This document shows positions 47,164 to 56,284 of a stretch of 64,000 nt of DNA, piece by piece. This DNA is from Planctomycetota bacterium (lineage in GTDB: Bacteria; Planctomycetota; UBA1135; GCA-002686595): assembly GCA_016795205.1 (NCBI GenBank), contig JAEUHZ010000045.1, positions 1 through 64,000 on the forward strand, read 5' to 3'. The position numbers and the translations under genes were made by a program. Position 1 is the first letter of the stretch, and every line of letters begins with the position of its first letter. The notes under the pieces are model-generated. The model saw only the letters and a list, made by a program, of their open reading frames with translations. It did not search any database and was not told where the DNA came from.

Positions 47164-47433
47164 CTAGCTGCGTGAGGCGGGATCGCCGGGCGTCCCGGCG
47201 CGTTGCGAGGGCGAAGGTTGTAGCCGCGACCCCCCGGAAGCGGCAAGACGCGCGGCGCGCAGGCGGCGGATCTCGCGCCCGCAAGCGATCGCCAGGCCCG
47301 TCGCCGCGGCCTCGTCGAGGTTTCCGACCACGGGCAGGGCGTCCGGCAGGAGCTCGAACAGGCCCAGCCCGGGATTCAGCACGTAGGCGATCGACGCTGC
47401 GAGGCCGATCCAGCACAGGAGAAGACGGCTCAT
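47164..47433 (-). CDS. DUF1232/YkvA-family small membrane protein
   Basis: MSRLLLCWIGLAASIAYVLNPGLGLFELLPDALPVVGNLDEAAATGLAIA matches the Y..P.DLIPD.IPVIG.LDD signature of DUF1232. Confidence 0.6.
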   Translation of the reverse strand: MSRLLLCWIGLAASIAYVLNPGLGLFELLPDALPVVGNLDEAAATGLAIACGREIRRLRAARLAASGGSRLQPSPSQRAGTPGDPASRS

Positions 47434-47505
47434 GGCCGATCCAGTCTGGCCCGCGCCCGGGCCGCCTCCAAGCGGGAGCCCGGCTCCGCTACGCTCCTCG
47501 ATCCC

Positions 47506-48261
47506 GTGGCCCCCGCCCCCCACGATCCCGGTCCTCGCCGCCCGGGCCGCACGATCTTCCTCGGCGACGTGCAGGGTTGCCGCGAGGAGCTCGAGCGCCT
47601 GCTCGAGCGCCTGCGCTTCGACCCCAGCGCGGACCGGCTCGAGCCGTGCGGCGACCTCGTGAACCGCGGACCGGACTCGGCCGGGGTCGTGCGCCTGCTG
47701 CGCAGCCTGGACGCAGGGGGCGTCCTCGGGAACCACGACGTGGCCCTGCTGCGCACGGCGCGCGGGCTGCGGCGCTCGAAGCCCTCGGACACATTCGGCG
47801 ACGTGCTGCGCGCCGAGGATCGCGCCGAGCTGCTCGGCTGGCTGCTGCGCAAGCCCTTCGTGCTGGAGCGCGCCGGCGCGATCCTGGTCCACGCCGGCCT
47901 GAACCCGCGCTGGGCCGACCCGCTCGTGCGCCTGGCCGGCCTCGACCCCTTCGTCGAGAACCAGGACCTGGGCTTCGCGATCGCCGTGCGCTACTGCGAC
48001 GAGTTCGGCGCCCGGCCGGAGCGGGACTGGCCGCCGCCCGCGCCGCCCTTCCGGCCCTGGTACCACTTCTGGCCACGCGATCCGGGCGAGCGGCGCACGG
48101 TCGTGTTCGGCCACTGGGCCCGGCAGGGGCTGGTCGAGCGGCCGCAGGTGCGTGGTCTCGACACCGGCTGCGTGTGGGGCAACCAGCTCACGGCCTGGAT
48201 CGCGGAGGAGGATCGCTGCGTGCAGGTCGACGCGCGGCGGGCCTACGCCACGGGAGACTGA
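47506..48261 (+). CDS. apaH: Bis(5'-nucleosyl)-tetraphosphatase (symmetrical), ApaH-type metallophosphoesterase
   Basis: IFLGDVQGC, GDLVNRGPDS, GNHD, ILVHAG, GHW motifs of the calcineurin-like/ApaH family. Confidence 0.75.
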   Translation: MAPAPHDPGPRRPGRTIFLGDVQGCREELERLLERLRFDPSADRLEPCGDLVNRGPDSAGVVRLLRSLDAGGVLGNHDVALLRTARGLRRSKPSDTFGDVLRAEDRAELLGWLLRKPFVLERAGAILVHAGLNPRWADPLVRLAGLDPFVENQDLGFAIAVRYCDEFGARPERDWPPPAPPFRPWYHFWPRDPGERRTVVFGHWARQGLVERPQVRGLDTGCVWGNQLTAWIAEEDRCVQVDARRAYATGD

Positions 48262-48283
48262 AGCCCGCGCGGGCCGCCCCGCG

Positions 48284-49735
48284 TCAGGCCGAGAGATCGA
48301 GGATGCGCCGCGAGAGGTCGGTCGCCAGCAAGCCCTCGGGATCCACGCGGCGCTTGAGCGCCAGGAAACGCTCCAAGGCCTGCGCGGGCCACATGCGTCG
48401 CGCGTCCTCGCGGCCGATGACCAGGTCCTTCGCGGGGTAGAAGCGTCCCCCCGCCGCGAGCGTGAGACGCGTGATGCGGTCGGCGAGCCGCCACAGGTCC
48501 GCGCGCGTGTCGGGATGCACCTTGTAGTCGAGCGCCAGGCTCCAGCCGTCGAGGCCGTGCGTGAGCAGGAACGGGTCCGGCCGGTGGCGCTTCAGGACGG
48601 CGAGGTAGGGCACGTGGCCCGCCGCGCGGCTCTCGGCGAGGATCGCCTGGAACGTGTCGTGCGCGCGGGCGGCGGGCACGAACGGCTGGACCTGGATCAG
48701 CCCGCGCTTCTCCGTGCGACCGTAAGCCCATTTCCAGTTCGGGACGTAGTCGAGCAGGAAGGCGAAGGCCGCGTGCGACTGGCGGTAGGGCCCCTGCGCT
48801 TCCTCGTGCATCCCGAGCGTCCACTTGGCGGCGTTCAACAGGCGCATGCCGGGCGCATGGTTCAGCAGCCGCAGCGCGCGCCACACCTCGCCTTTCGACA
48901 CGCCCAGGATGGCGCGCGGCAGCTCCTGGTGCGCGACGGCCAACGTGCGCTCGGGCGCCGCGTCCTCGCCCGGCGCGAGGTGTCGCGCGGCGTGCACGAG
49001 CCCGCGGCCCGAGGCCGCGCCGCCCGCGAAGGCGTCGATCCAGGCCACCAGGTAGTCGTAGCGCGCGCGCCGCGACTCCATCCACTCCAGGGCCTCGCGC
49101 AAGTCGCGCGTGCTCTTCGCGGTGACCTCGACGTCGCCCGAGTGGACGCGCTTCGTCTCGATCACGACGCGCGTCACGACGCCCAGCATGCCGAAGCCGC
49201 CGATGGCGGCGTGGAACAGCTCGCTCTCGTGCCCGCGCGAGGCCGTGACCAGCTCGCCCGAGGGCAGCACCAGGTCGAGCTCGCGCACGTGCTCGCCGAT
49301 CGTGCCCACGGCGTACTGGTTCTTGCCGTGGATGTTCATCGCCAACGCTCCGCCCAGCGTCGGGTACATCGTCCCGCTCACGACCTTGGGCCAGAAGCCG
49401 CGCGGCAGCGCGTGCTTCCACAAGGCCTCGATCGTGACCCCGCCCTGGCACTCGGCGGCCCCGCTGTGCGCGTCGAAGGAGAGGATGCGGTCCAAGCGCG
49501 TCGGCTCGAGCACGTAGCCGCGGTCGGCGGAGCTGGCGTCGCCGTAGCTGTTGCCGCCGCCGCGCAGGGCCAGCGTGGTCCGCTCGCGGCGCGCCAGCGC
49601 GAGGGCCTCGCGCACGGCCTCGACGTCGCGCGGCCGCAGGACGCGCGCGTGCGCGCCGTGGGCCATGCCCCAGCCCTCGACGTACTCGTAGCCGCGCGCG
49701 AGCCGCGGGAAGGTCAGCGGCGTCCTGGCCTTCAC
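48284..49735 (-). CDS. FAD-linked oxidase of the DprE1 (decaprenylphosphoribose 2'-oxidase)-like family. GTG start overlaps the upstream stop.
   Basis: N-terminal YVEGWGMAHGAHARVLRPRDVEAVREAL aligns to Mtb DprE1 [28 protein letters not shown]. FAD-binding PCMH domain LRGGGNSYGD. C-terminal substrate-binding domain. Confidence 0.65.
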   Translation of the reverse strand: MKARTPLTFPRLARGYEYVEGWGMAHGAHARVLRPRDVEAVREALALARRERTTLALRGGGNSYGDASSADRGYVLEPTRLDRILSFDAHSGAAECQGGVTIEALWKHALPRGFWPKVVSGTMYPTLGGALAMNIHGKNQYAVGTIGEHVRELDLVLPSGELVTASRGHESELFHAAIGGFGMLGVVTRVVIETKRVHSGDVEVTAKSTRDLREALEWMESRRARYDYLVAWIDAFAGGAASGRGLVHAARHLAPGEDAAPERTLAVAHQELPRAILGVSKGEVWRALRLLNHAPGMRLLNAAKWTLGMHEEAQGPYRQSHAAFAFLLDYVPNWKWAYGRTEKRGLIQVQPFVPAARAHDTFQAILAESRAAGHVPYLAVLKRHRPDPFLLTHGLDGWSLALDYKVHPDTRADLWRLADRITRLTLAAGGRFYPAKDLVIGREDARRMWPAQALERFLALKRRVDPEGLLATDLSRRILDLSA

Positions 49736-50505
49736 ACGTTCATCTTCTTGAACAGGAACGACGGGATGCAGCGGATGACGCTGCCCACGAGCCACCAGCG
49801 GCGTGGCACGTAGCGCACGTTGGCTCGTCCGCGCGCGGCACGCAGCACGAGCTCCGCCGCGCGATCCGCGCTGATCAGCCAGAACAGCCCCGGCAGTCCC
49901 TTGGTCATGTCCGTGTCGACGAAGCCGGGCTTGATCGTGGTCACGTGGACGCCGTGCTCCGCGAGGCGGTTGCGCAGCGCCTCGAGGTAGGTGTTCATCG
50001 CGGCCTTGGTCGTGCAGTAGACCGGGTTGCCCTTCCGCCCGCGGTCGCCGGCGATCGACGAGATCCCGACGATCGTGCCCGAGCGCTGCGTCTGGAACAG
50101 CCGCGCGGCGGCGTTGCACCAGGCGATGCAGCCCCCCACGTTCACCGCCAGTTGATCCAGGTCCTTCTCCGTGTCGTACTCGGCCGGACCGACCTTGGGC
50201 ATGATCCCGGCCGCGTACACCAGGAGGTCGAGGCCGCCGAGCTCGCCGACGAGCGCCGCGAAGAGCTCGGGGACCTCGTGCGCGCGCGCCGCGTCGTGCG
50301 CGCGCACCAGGATCCGGCCGCCGGAGAGCGTCGCGGCGTCGGAGAGGTCGCGCGCCAGGTCGTCGAGCAGCTCGCGGCGGCGCGCGACGGCGGCGACGGA
50401 GTAGCCCTCGGCGACCAGGCGCCTCACGAGCGCGGCGCCGATGCCCGAGCTCGCGCCGACGACGAGCGCGCGCCCCGCACCCCGGACCGGTGTGTTCGCA
50501 GTCAT
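49732..50505 (-). CDS. SDR-family reductase, DprE2-like partner
   Basis: ALVVGASSGIGAALVRRL (TGxxxGIG), catalytic YCTTKAAMNTY. 257 aa. Immediately upstream of and coupled to the DprE1-like gene. Confidence 0.65.
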   Translation of the reverse strand: MTANTPVRGAGRALVVGASSGIGAALVRRLVAEGYSVAAVARRRELLDDLARDLSDAATLSGGRILVRAHDAARAHEVPELFAALVGELGGLDLLVYAAGIMPKVGPAEYDTEKDLDQLAVNVGGCIAWCNAAARLFQTQRSGTIVGISSIAGDRGRKGNPVYCTTKAAMNTYLEALRNRLAEHGVHVTTIKPGFVDTDMTKGLPGLFWLISADRAAELVLRAARGRANVRYVPRRWWLVGSVIRCIPSFLFKKMNV

Positions 50506-50612
50506 GGATCCGGACAGTATCGGACGCGCGCGGCTCCCGGCCAGCGTCCGGTGCGTGCGCCTTGCATCGCGGGGCTCGTCCCCGTACCTCATGGACCCGC
50601 GCGAGGACAGCG

Positions 50613-53600
50613 ATGCGTACCCCGAACCCTCGACCGGCCTGGGCCTTCTTGCTGTGCATCCTGGCCTCCGCCTGCGGCGGCGACAGCCCCTCCGAGCCGG
50701 CTGCGGGCGGGAGCGGGCAGGCCGCCCGCGCCGGCGACGACCTCGTGCGCGAGCGCGTGGCCGCCCATGTCGGCGAGGCGGAGTTCAGCCGCGCGCGCGA
50801 GCTGCTCCGTCCGCTCGTCGAGCGCTCCGGCGCGACGCTCACGGACTTGCTCGCCGGCGCGGCGATCGAGCTCGCGGCCGATGACGCCGCAGCCGCGCAG
50901 CGCTTCCTGGACCGCGCGCAGAAGCTCGCACCCGAGAGCCCAGCCGCGCACTACCTGCGCGGGCAACTGGCGCGCAACGCCGGCGAGATGCGCGCCGCGC
51001 GCGACGCCTTCCGCCGTGCGCTGGCCGGCGCGCCGGACGACCTCGCCTCGAAGCTCTCCCTGGCCGAGGCCGAGGACGAGCTCGAGGCGCCCGCCGCAGC
51101 CGAGCGCCTGTACCGCGAGATCGTCGCCGTGGGCCCCGCGGCCGGCGGGACCTGGTACGTCGCCGGGCTCTACCGCCTGCGGAACTTCCTGACGCGCGCC
51201 GGGCGCGAGGAGGACGCCGCGCGCCTCGATCCCGTGATCCGCACGCTCGAAGCGCGCGGTCTCCAGGCGCCGGGGCCCGTCACGGTGCTCTTCGGCGAGC
51301 TCGGACAAGTCCGACCGCCCGCGCCCGCCGGCTCCCGGACGGAACCCGCGGCGGCGCCGCTCGCCTTCCTCGCGCGACCGGCGCTCGACCTGCCGGCCGG
51401 CGCGAACTGGATCGCGGCGCGCGACCTCGACGGCGATCTCGCGCCGGACCTCGTCGTGCGCGGCACGGGCGGGATCAGCGTCGTGCGCAACGCCGCCGGG
51501 ACCTTCGAGGAGGCGCGCCTGGCGTTCCCCGCGCTGAGCACCCCGCCGGTGCTCTTCGATGCCGACAACGACGGCGACCTGGACCTCGCCGTGTTCACGC
51601 CGGAGGGGCCAGTGCTCGTCGTGCGCGTTCCGGACGGCTACCGGCGGCCCGAGCAGGAATGGCCCGAGCCACCGGCCGGGATCGCCGCCGTGATCGCCTC
51701 CGACTACGACCACGAGGGCGACCTCGACCTGCTCCTCGTGGGCTCGTTCGGCGTGCGGGTGTGGCGCAACGACAGCGTCCTGGAAAGGTCCAAGGACGGC
51801 AGCGTGACGCTCGTGCGCGCACGCTTCACGGACGCGTCGGAGGGCTCGGGGCTACCCGCGACCGGCCAGCACGACTGGATCCTGGCCGAGGACTTCGACG
51901 GCGACAACGACGTCGACTACCTGGTCAAGGGGCCCACGGGCGTGCTCGTGCTCGACTCCTTGCGCGACGGCCGGTTCGGCCCGAAGCGCGGCGTCTTCGA
52001 CCTGCCACCGACGCTCACGGTCGAGCCGCTGGCCGCCGACTTCGACGGGGACGCGCGCACCGACCTGTGGTTTCCGGGCGAGCCCTCGACGCTCGTGCTC
52101 CAGGGGGCGAAGCCCAGCGCGCGCGCCGCGGCTCGCGTGCGGCCCGGCTCGCTCGCGGCGCTCGACCTCGACCTCGACGGCGCGCTCGACGTCGTGTGGC
52201 TCGACGCCGGGACCGGCCGGCTCTCCGGGATCCTGGCCCTGGGCCAGCCGGGCGAGCGCGCGTTGGCCGTGGCCGGCGCACCGCTCGCGGGCGACCGGCT
52301 GGTGCTGGCCGACTTCGACGGGGATTGCCGCAACGACCTGGCGATCGAGTCGGGCGGGCGCCTCGTCGTGCACGCCAGCAGCGGACCGCTCGGGAACGGC
52401 GCGCGGCTCGCCTGGACCGGCAACCGGGACAACCGCCGAGCGGTCGGAGCGATCCTCGAGCTGCGCGCCGGGACGGCCTACCGGCGGGTCTACTGGCGCG
52501 GCGAGCCCGAGGTCCTGGGAATCGGGAAGGCGGCTGCGATCGACGTCCTGCGGCTGACCTGGCCCAACGGCGTGCGCACCACGCGTCTCGACGTGGGCGT
52601 CGACGGCTGCGCGCTGGCCGTCGACCCGGCCGAGGCGCTCGAGATCCTGACGCAGGGCAGCGGCCAGGTGGGCTCGTGCCCGTTCCTGTACGCCTGGAAC
52701 GGGAGCACGTACGGGTTCATCTCGGACGTCCTGGGGATCACGCCGCTGGGCCTGCGCGTGGCGCCCGGCGTGTTCGTGCCCCCCGACCACGACGAATACG
52801 TCCTCGTGCGCGGCGAGCAGCTCGCGCCGCTGGACGGCGAGTACGTGTTCCAGTTCACCGAAGAGCTGCGCGAGGTGACCTACCTCGACCACGCGCGACT
52901 GGTCGTCGTCGACTCGCCCGCGGGCACGGAGGTCTTCCCCAACGAGCTGTTCCGTTTCCCGCCCTTCCCCGAGGCCCGCATCCACGCGCTGCGCGGGGCG
53001 ATCCCGCCGCGGCGCGCGCTGGGCAGCGACGGGCGCGACTGGACGGCCCAGCTCCTGCACGCGGACGACACGTTTCCACAGCCCATGGTGCTGCACCCGG
53101 CGCAATTCGCCGGGCTTGCACAGCCCTGGTTCCTGGAGCTCGAGTTCGATGCGGAGCGCCTGCCGGCCGAGGGCGAGCTGCGGCTGGCGCTCTCCGGTTG
53201 GTTCTATTGGAGCGACGCCAGCGCGAACATGGCCGCCGCGCGCTCGCAGGGCGTCGACTTCGTGCCACCCCTCTTCCAGGTCCCCGACGGCGCGGGAGGC
53301 TGGCGCGACGCCACGCCGCCGATCGGCTTCCCGGCCGGCAAGACCAAGACCATGGTCGTCGACGTGACGCCCTTCCTCGACCGCCGGGACCCGCGCCTGC
53401 GCGTGGTGACGACGCTGCGCCTGTACTGGGACCGCATCGCGTTGTTCGCCGGCGCCGACGCGCCGATCTCCACGCGCGAGATCGCGGTCGGCCACGTCGA
53501 GTCGTGGCGACGCGGGTTCAGCGCTCCGCTCGACGCCGTGCCGCCCGGCGAGGCGCACCCTGCCAACCGCCCCGAGCGCTTCGACTGGCAGGTGCTCGCC

Positions 53601-54011
53601 GAACGGCCGCGCTGGGATCAGCACCCGGGTCTCTACACGCGCCACGGCGACGTCACGGAGCTGGTGCGAGCCGTCGACGACCGATTCGTGATCCTGGGCG
53701 CCGGGGACGCGGCCACGCTGCGCTTCCCGGCCGCGGGGATCGCGCCGCCCGCCCCAGGACAGCGACGCGACTTCCTGCTCTACCTCGACGGGTGGGCCAA
53801 GGACCGCGACCCGAACACGATCGAGGCGCTCGAGGTCGAGCCCCTGCCGTTCCACGGCATGAGCGGCTACCCCTACCGAGCCGACGAGCGCTTCCCCGAC
53901 ACCGAGGTCCACCGCGCCTGGCGCCGGGAATGGCTGCAGCGCCCGGCCTACCGCTGGATCGAGCCCGTGAGCCCGCGGCGCGAGGTCGAGTGGGTGCTCG
54001 AGGGGAGCTGA
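50613..54011 (+). CDS. CRTAC1-like lipoprotein: TPR-like N-terminus, FG-GAP/VCBS beta-propeller repeats, ASPIC/UnbV domain and a ~600-aa uncharacterised C-terminal region
   Basis: Lipobox LCILASACGG. Seven DxDGD-type repeats (DLDGDLAPDLVV, DADNDGDLDLAV, DYDHEGDLDLLLVG, DFDGDNDVDYLV, DFDGDARTDLWF, DLDLDGALDVVWL, DFDGDCRNDLAI). ASPIC-like NRDNRRAVGAILELRAG...AAIDVLRLTWPNG. Confidence 0.7.
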   Translation: MRTPNPRPAWAFLLCILASACGGDSPSEPAAGGSGQAARAGDDLVRERVAAHVGEAEFSRARELLRPLVERSGATLTDLLAGAAIELAADDAAAAQRFLDRAQKLAPESPAAHYLRGQLARNAGEMRAARDAFRRALAGAPDDLASKLSLAEAEDELEAPAAAERLYREIVAVGPAAGGTWYVAGLYRLRNFLTRAGREEDAARLDPVIRTLEARGLQAPGPVTVLFGELGQVRPPAPAGSRTEPAAAPLAFLARPALDLPAGANWIAARDLDGDLAPDLVVRGTGGISVVRNAAGTFEEARLAFPALSTPPVLFDADNDGDLDLAVFTPEGPVLVVRVPDGYRRPEQEWPEPPAGIAAVIASDYDHEGDLDLLLVGSFGVRVWRNDSVLERSKDGSVTLVRARFTDASEGSGLPATGQHDWILAEDFDGDNDVDYLVKGPTGVLVLDSLRDGRFGPKRGVFDLPPTLTVEPLAADFDGDARTDLWFPGEPSTLVLQGAKPSARAAARVRPGSLAALDLDLDGALDVVWLDAGTGRLSGILALGQPGERALAVAGAPLAGDRLVLADFDGDCRNDLAIESGGRLVVHASSGPLGNGARLAWTGNRDNRRAVGAILELRAGTAYRRVYWRGEPEVLGIGKAAAIDVLRLTWPNGVRTTRLDVGVDGCALAVDPAEALEILTQGSGQVGSCPFLYAWNGSTYGFISDVLGITPLGLRVAPGVFVPPDHDEYVLVRGEQLAPLDGEYVFQFTEELREVTYLDHARLVVVDSPAGTEVFPNELFRFPPFPEARIHALRGAIPPRRALGSDGRDWTAQLLHADDTFPQPMVLHPAQFAGLAQPWFLELEFDAERLPAEGELRLALSGWFYWSDASANMAAARSQGVDFVPPLFQVPDGAGGWRDATPPIGFPAGKTKTMVVDVTPFLDRRDPRLRVVTTLRLYWDRIALFAGADAPISTREIAVGHVESWRRGFSAPLDAVPPGEAHPANRPERFDWQVLAERPRWDQHPGLYTRHGDVTELVRAVDDRFVILGAGDAATLRFPAAGIAPPAPGQRRDFLLYLDGWAKDRDPNTIEALEVEPLPFHGMSGYPYRADERFPDTEVHRAWRREWLQRPAYRWIEPVSPRREVEWVLEGS

Positions 54012-54054
54012 AGTCCGCTCGACGGCACAGCGCGCTGCGACGGCGCAGCCGGGC

Positions 54055-54474
54055 TCAGCGGCGCAGCGCGGCGCGGAACGCGTCCGTCCACGGCGCCTTC
54101 GCGCGCCGGGTGCCGTCCCAGCCGACGAGCAGCGCCTCCGCCTCGCACCACACGCGGCCCGAATCGGCCTCGAGCACGCGGTAGGCCTGCACGAGCGAGG
54201 TCGTGCCGACGTGCGTCGTCGAGAGTTCCACGTCGACCTCGACACCGCCGCGGCCGGGGGCCACGAAGCGCACATTGCACTGCGCCAGGAGGAACGGGAA
54301 CTCGCCGCGCTCGATCAGCCCGAGCCCACCGAAGAAGCGGTGCCGGGCCTCCTCGAAGAGCGTCAGGTACACGGCGTTGTTCACGACGCCCTGCACGTCC
54401 TCGTCGCTCCAGCGCGTGACGAGGCGCACCCGAAAGTGCATGGATTCCGAGTCAGGGACGCGCGGGGCTTCCAT
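54055..54474 (-). CDS. Hotdog-fold acyl-CoA thioesterase (4HBT/YbgC-like)
   Basis: MHFRVRLVTRWSDEDVQGVVNNAVYLTLFEEAR is the 4HBT N-terminal signature (D..GHVNNA.Y). Start chosen at the ATG with an AGAGGAG SD. Confidence 0.7.
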   Translation of the reverse strand: MEAPRVPDSESMHFRVRLVTRWSDEDVQGVVNNAVYLTLFEEARHRFFGGLGLIERGEFPFLLAQCNVRFVAPGRGGVEVDVELSTTHVGTTSLVQAYRVLEADSGRVWCEAEALLVGWDGTRRAKAPWTDAFRAALRR

Positions 54475-55393
54475 CGATCTTGCGCTCCTCTCGTGCGCGT
54501 CCAGGGCGCGCGACCAGCCAGATGCCAAGGAACACGAGCGCGCCGGCCGTGAACACGCCGCGGGTCGGCGCCTCGCCGAGCACCAGCGCGGAGGCCAGGA
54601 CGGTCAGGATCGGCTGCGCGTAGATGAACACCGCGGTCGTCGTGGCCGGCACGCGGGAGAGCGCGTAGACGTTGAGCAGGTAGGCCAGCGCCGTCGGGAA
54701 CACGAGCACGAAGGCCAGCGACCACCAGGCGCCCAGGCCGGCCGACGCGGGCACGAGGTCCTCGCGCGCGGCGATCCAGGCCGCGGCTGGCAGCGAGAGC
54801 AGGAAGACCCACGCGATGACGACCAGCGGCGGGTGGCGCGCGGCGAGCGGGCGCGTCCACACGAAGAAGGCCGCATACGACAGCGCGTTGCCGGCCATGA
54901 GCAGGTTGCCGGCCAGGTGCTCGCGCGCCACGGAACGCTCCTGCGCCCAGAACAGCGCCGAGGCCCCCAGCAGTGCCGTGATCACGCCGGCCGCGCGACG
55001 GGCCGACCAGCGCTCCTGCCGCGTCGCGGCCGCGATCCCGAAGGTGAACACGGGGATCAGGCACATGACGAGCGTGGCCTCGTTCGCCGACGAGCGCGCC
55101 AAGCCCTCGAGGTAGAGCAGCATGTTCGCCGTGACGCCCAGCACGCTCGCCACGGCCAGCGGCAGGAGGTCGCGCGCGGCGGCGCGGAAGCGCGCACCGT
55201 GGAGCGCCCAGGCCAGCCCGGCGAGGACCACGGCGCCGAAGGCCATGCGCCAGGCGCCGAGCGCCGCCGGGCTGAAGCCGCCCGGCCGCAACGCGACCTT
55301 GCTGAACACCGGGAACAGGCCGAAGGAGACCTGGACGCCCACCAGCGCCCAGTAGGCGGAGCGCACGGCGCGCGCGGAGGCGTCGGCGGACAT
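54452..55393 (-). CDS. EamA-family (DMT) transporter
   Basis: 313 aa, 10 TM segments, two EamA repeats. Lies in the lower part of a 633-aa artefactual ORF. Confidence 0.7.
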   Translation of the reverse strand: MSADASARAVRSAYWALVGVQVSFGLFPVFSKVALRPGGFSPAALGAWRMAFGAVVLAGLAWALHGARFRAAARDLLPLAVASVLGVTANMLLYLEGLARSSANEATLVMCLIPVFTFGIAAATRQERWSARRAAGVITALLGASALFWAQERSVAREHLAGNLLMAGNALSYAAFFVWTRPLAARHPPLVVIAWVFLLSLPAAAWIAAREDLVPASAGLGAWWSLAFVLVFPTALAYLLNVYALSRVPATTTAVFIYAQPILTVLASALVLGEAPTRGVFTAGALVFLGIWLVARPGRAREERKIDGSPARP

Positions 55394-55567
55394 CCCGGCC
55401 ACGCTAGCACGCGCGGGGGAAGCACTCACGAGCTCGCCGGGGGCCAGGGCCGACGCGGGCCTGGGGATCGGCCCGCCGTCGCACCTGGGCCTGGGCGCAC
55501 CCGACACGCGGGGAGCGCGCCGCGCTTTGCGCCCCGCCCGCGCGCCCGGCAGGATGCCCCGATCGCC

Positions 55568-56188
55568 ATGACGCACGCTCCCCACGGCCCGGACCCCGAC
55601 ACCGCCCACTTCGACGCCGAGGGCCGCCCGCGGCCATGGCCGCGCCGCGGCTCGCGCCACGGCGAGCCGCTGGTGCTGTTCCGTCCGCGCTGGGACCTGC
55701 TGCAGAACCCCCGCAATGGGCGCGAGTTCGAGCGGCTCGTGCTCGAGACGCCCGATTGGGTCAACGTCGTCGCGCTGACTCCGCGGCGCGAGCTGGTGCT
55801 CGTCGAGCAGTACCGCTTCGGCACCGGCACCGTGACGCTCGAGATCCCCGGTGGCGTGATCGACCTCGGCGAGCCACACGAGCACGCGGCGCGACGCGAG
55901 CTCGCCGAGGAGACCGGCCACACGGGGGGCACCTGGACCTACCTCGGCGCGGTCGAGCCGAACCCTGCCTTCCAGACGAACGTCTGCCACCACTGGCTCG
56001 CGGAGGGCGTCGAGCGCACGGGTCGACAGGGGCTCGACGCAGGCGAGGACATCGCGATCCGGACGCTGCCGCTCGAGGCGGCCCTGCGCGCCGTGCGCGA
56101 GGGCCTCATCCGCCACGCCCTGGTCGTGACGGCCCTCGCGCGGGTCGCGGACCTGCGCGTGGCGCACCTGGCGCCCGGAGGCGGCTGA
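55568..56188 (+). CDS. NUDIX hydrolase
   Basis: Nudix box GGVIDLGEPHEHAARRELAEETG (GX5EX7REUXEEXGU). Confidence 0.8.
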   Translation: MTHAPHGPDPDTAHFDAEGRPRPWPRRGSRHGEPLVLFRPRWDLLQNPRNGREFERLVLETPDWVNVVALTPRRELVLVEQYRFGTGTVTLEIPGGVIDLGEPHEHAARRELAEETGHTGGTWTYLGAVEPNPAFQTNVCHHWLAEGVERTGRQGLDAGEDIAIRTLPLEAALRAVREGLIRHALVVTALARVADLRVAHLAPGGG

Positions 56189-56284
56189 GCGAGGGCGCGG
56201 CGGCGCGCGGGGCAGCGCGAAAATCCGGGCCCGGCACCCGTGTGGCCGTCGACGGCTGGGCGCGTGCGCGCTACACATGGCATC

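Noticed and set aside
48284-50842. 852-aa ORF fusing the FAD oxidase with upstream sequence
   Set aside because: The upstream ~370 codons are an alternate frame over the SDR gene. The DprE1-like protein starts at the GTG at 49735, judged by N-terminal alignment to DprE1.
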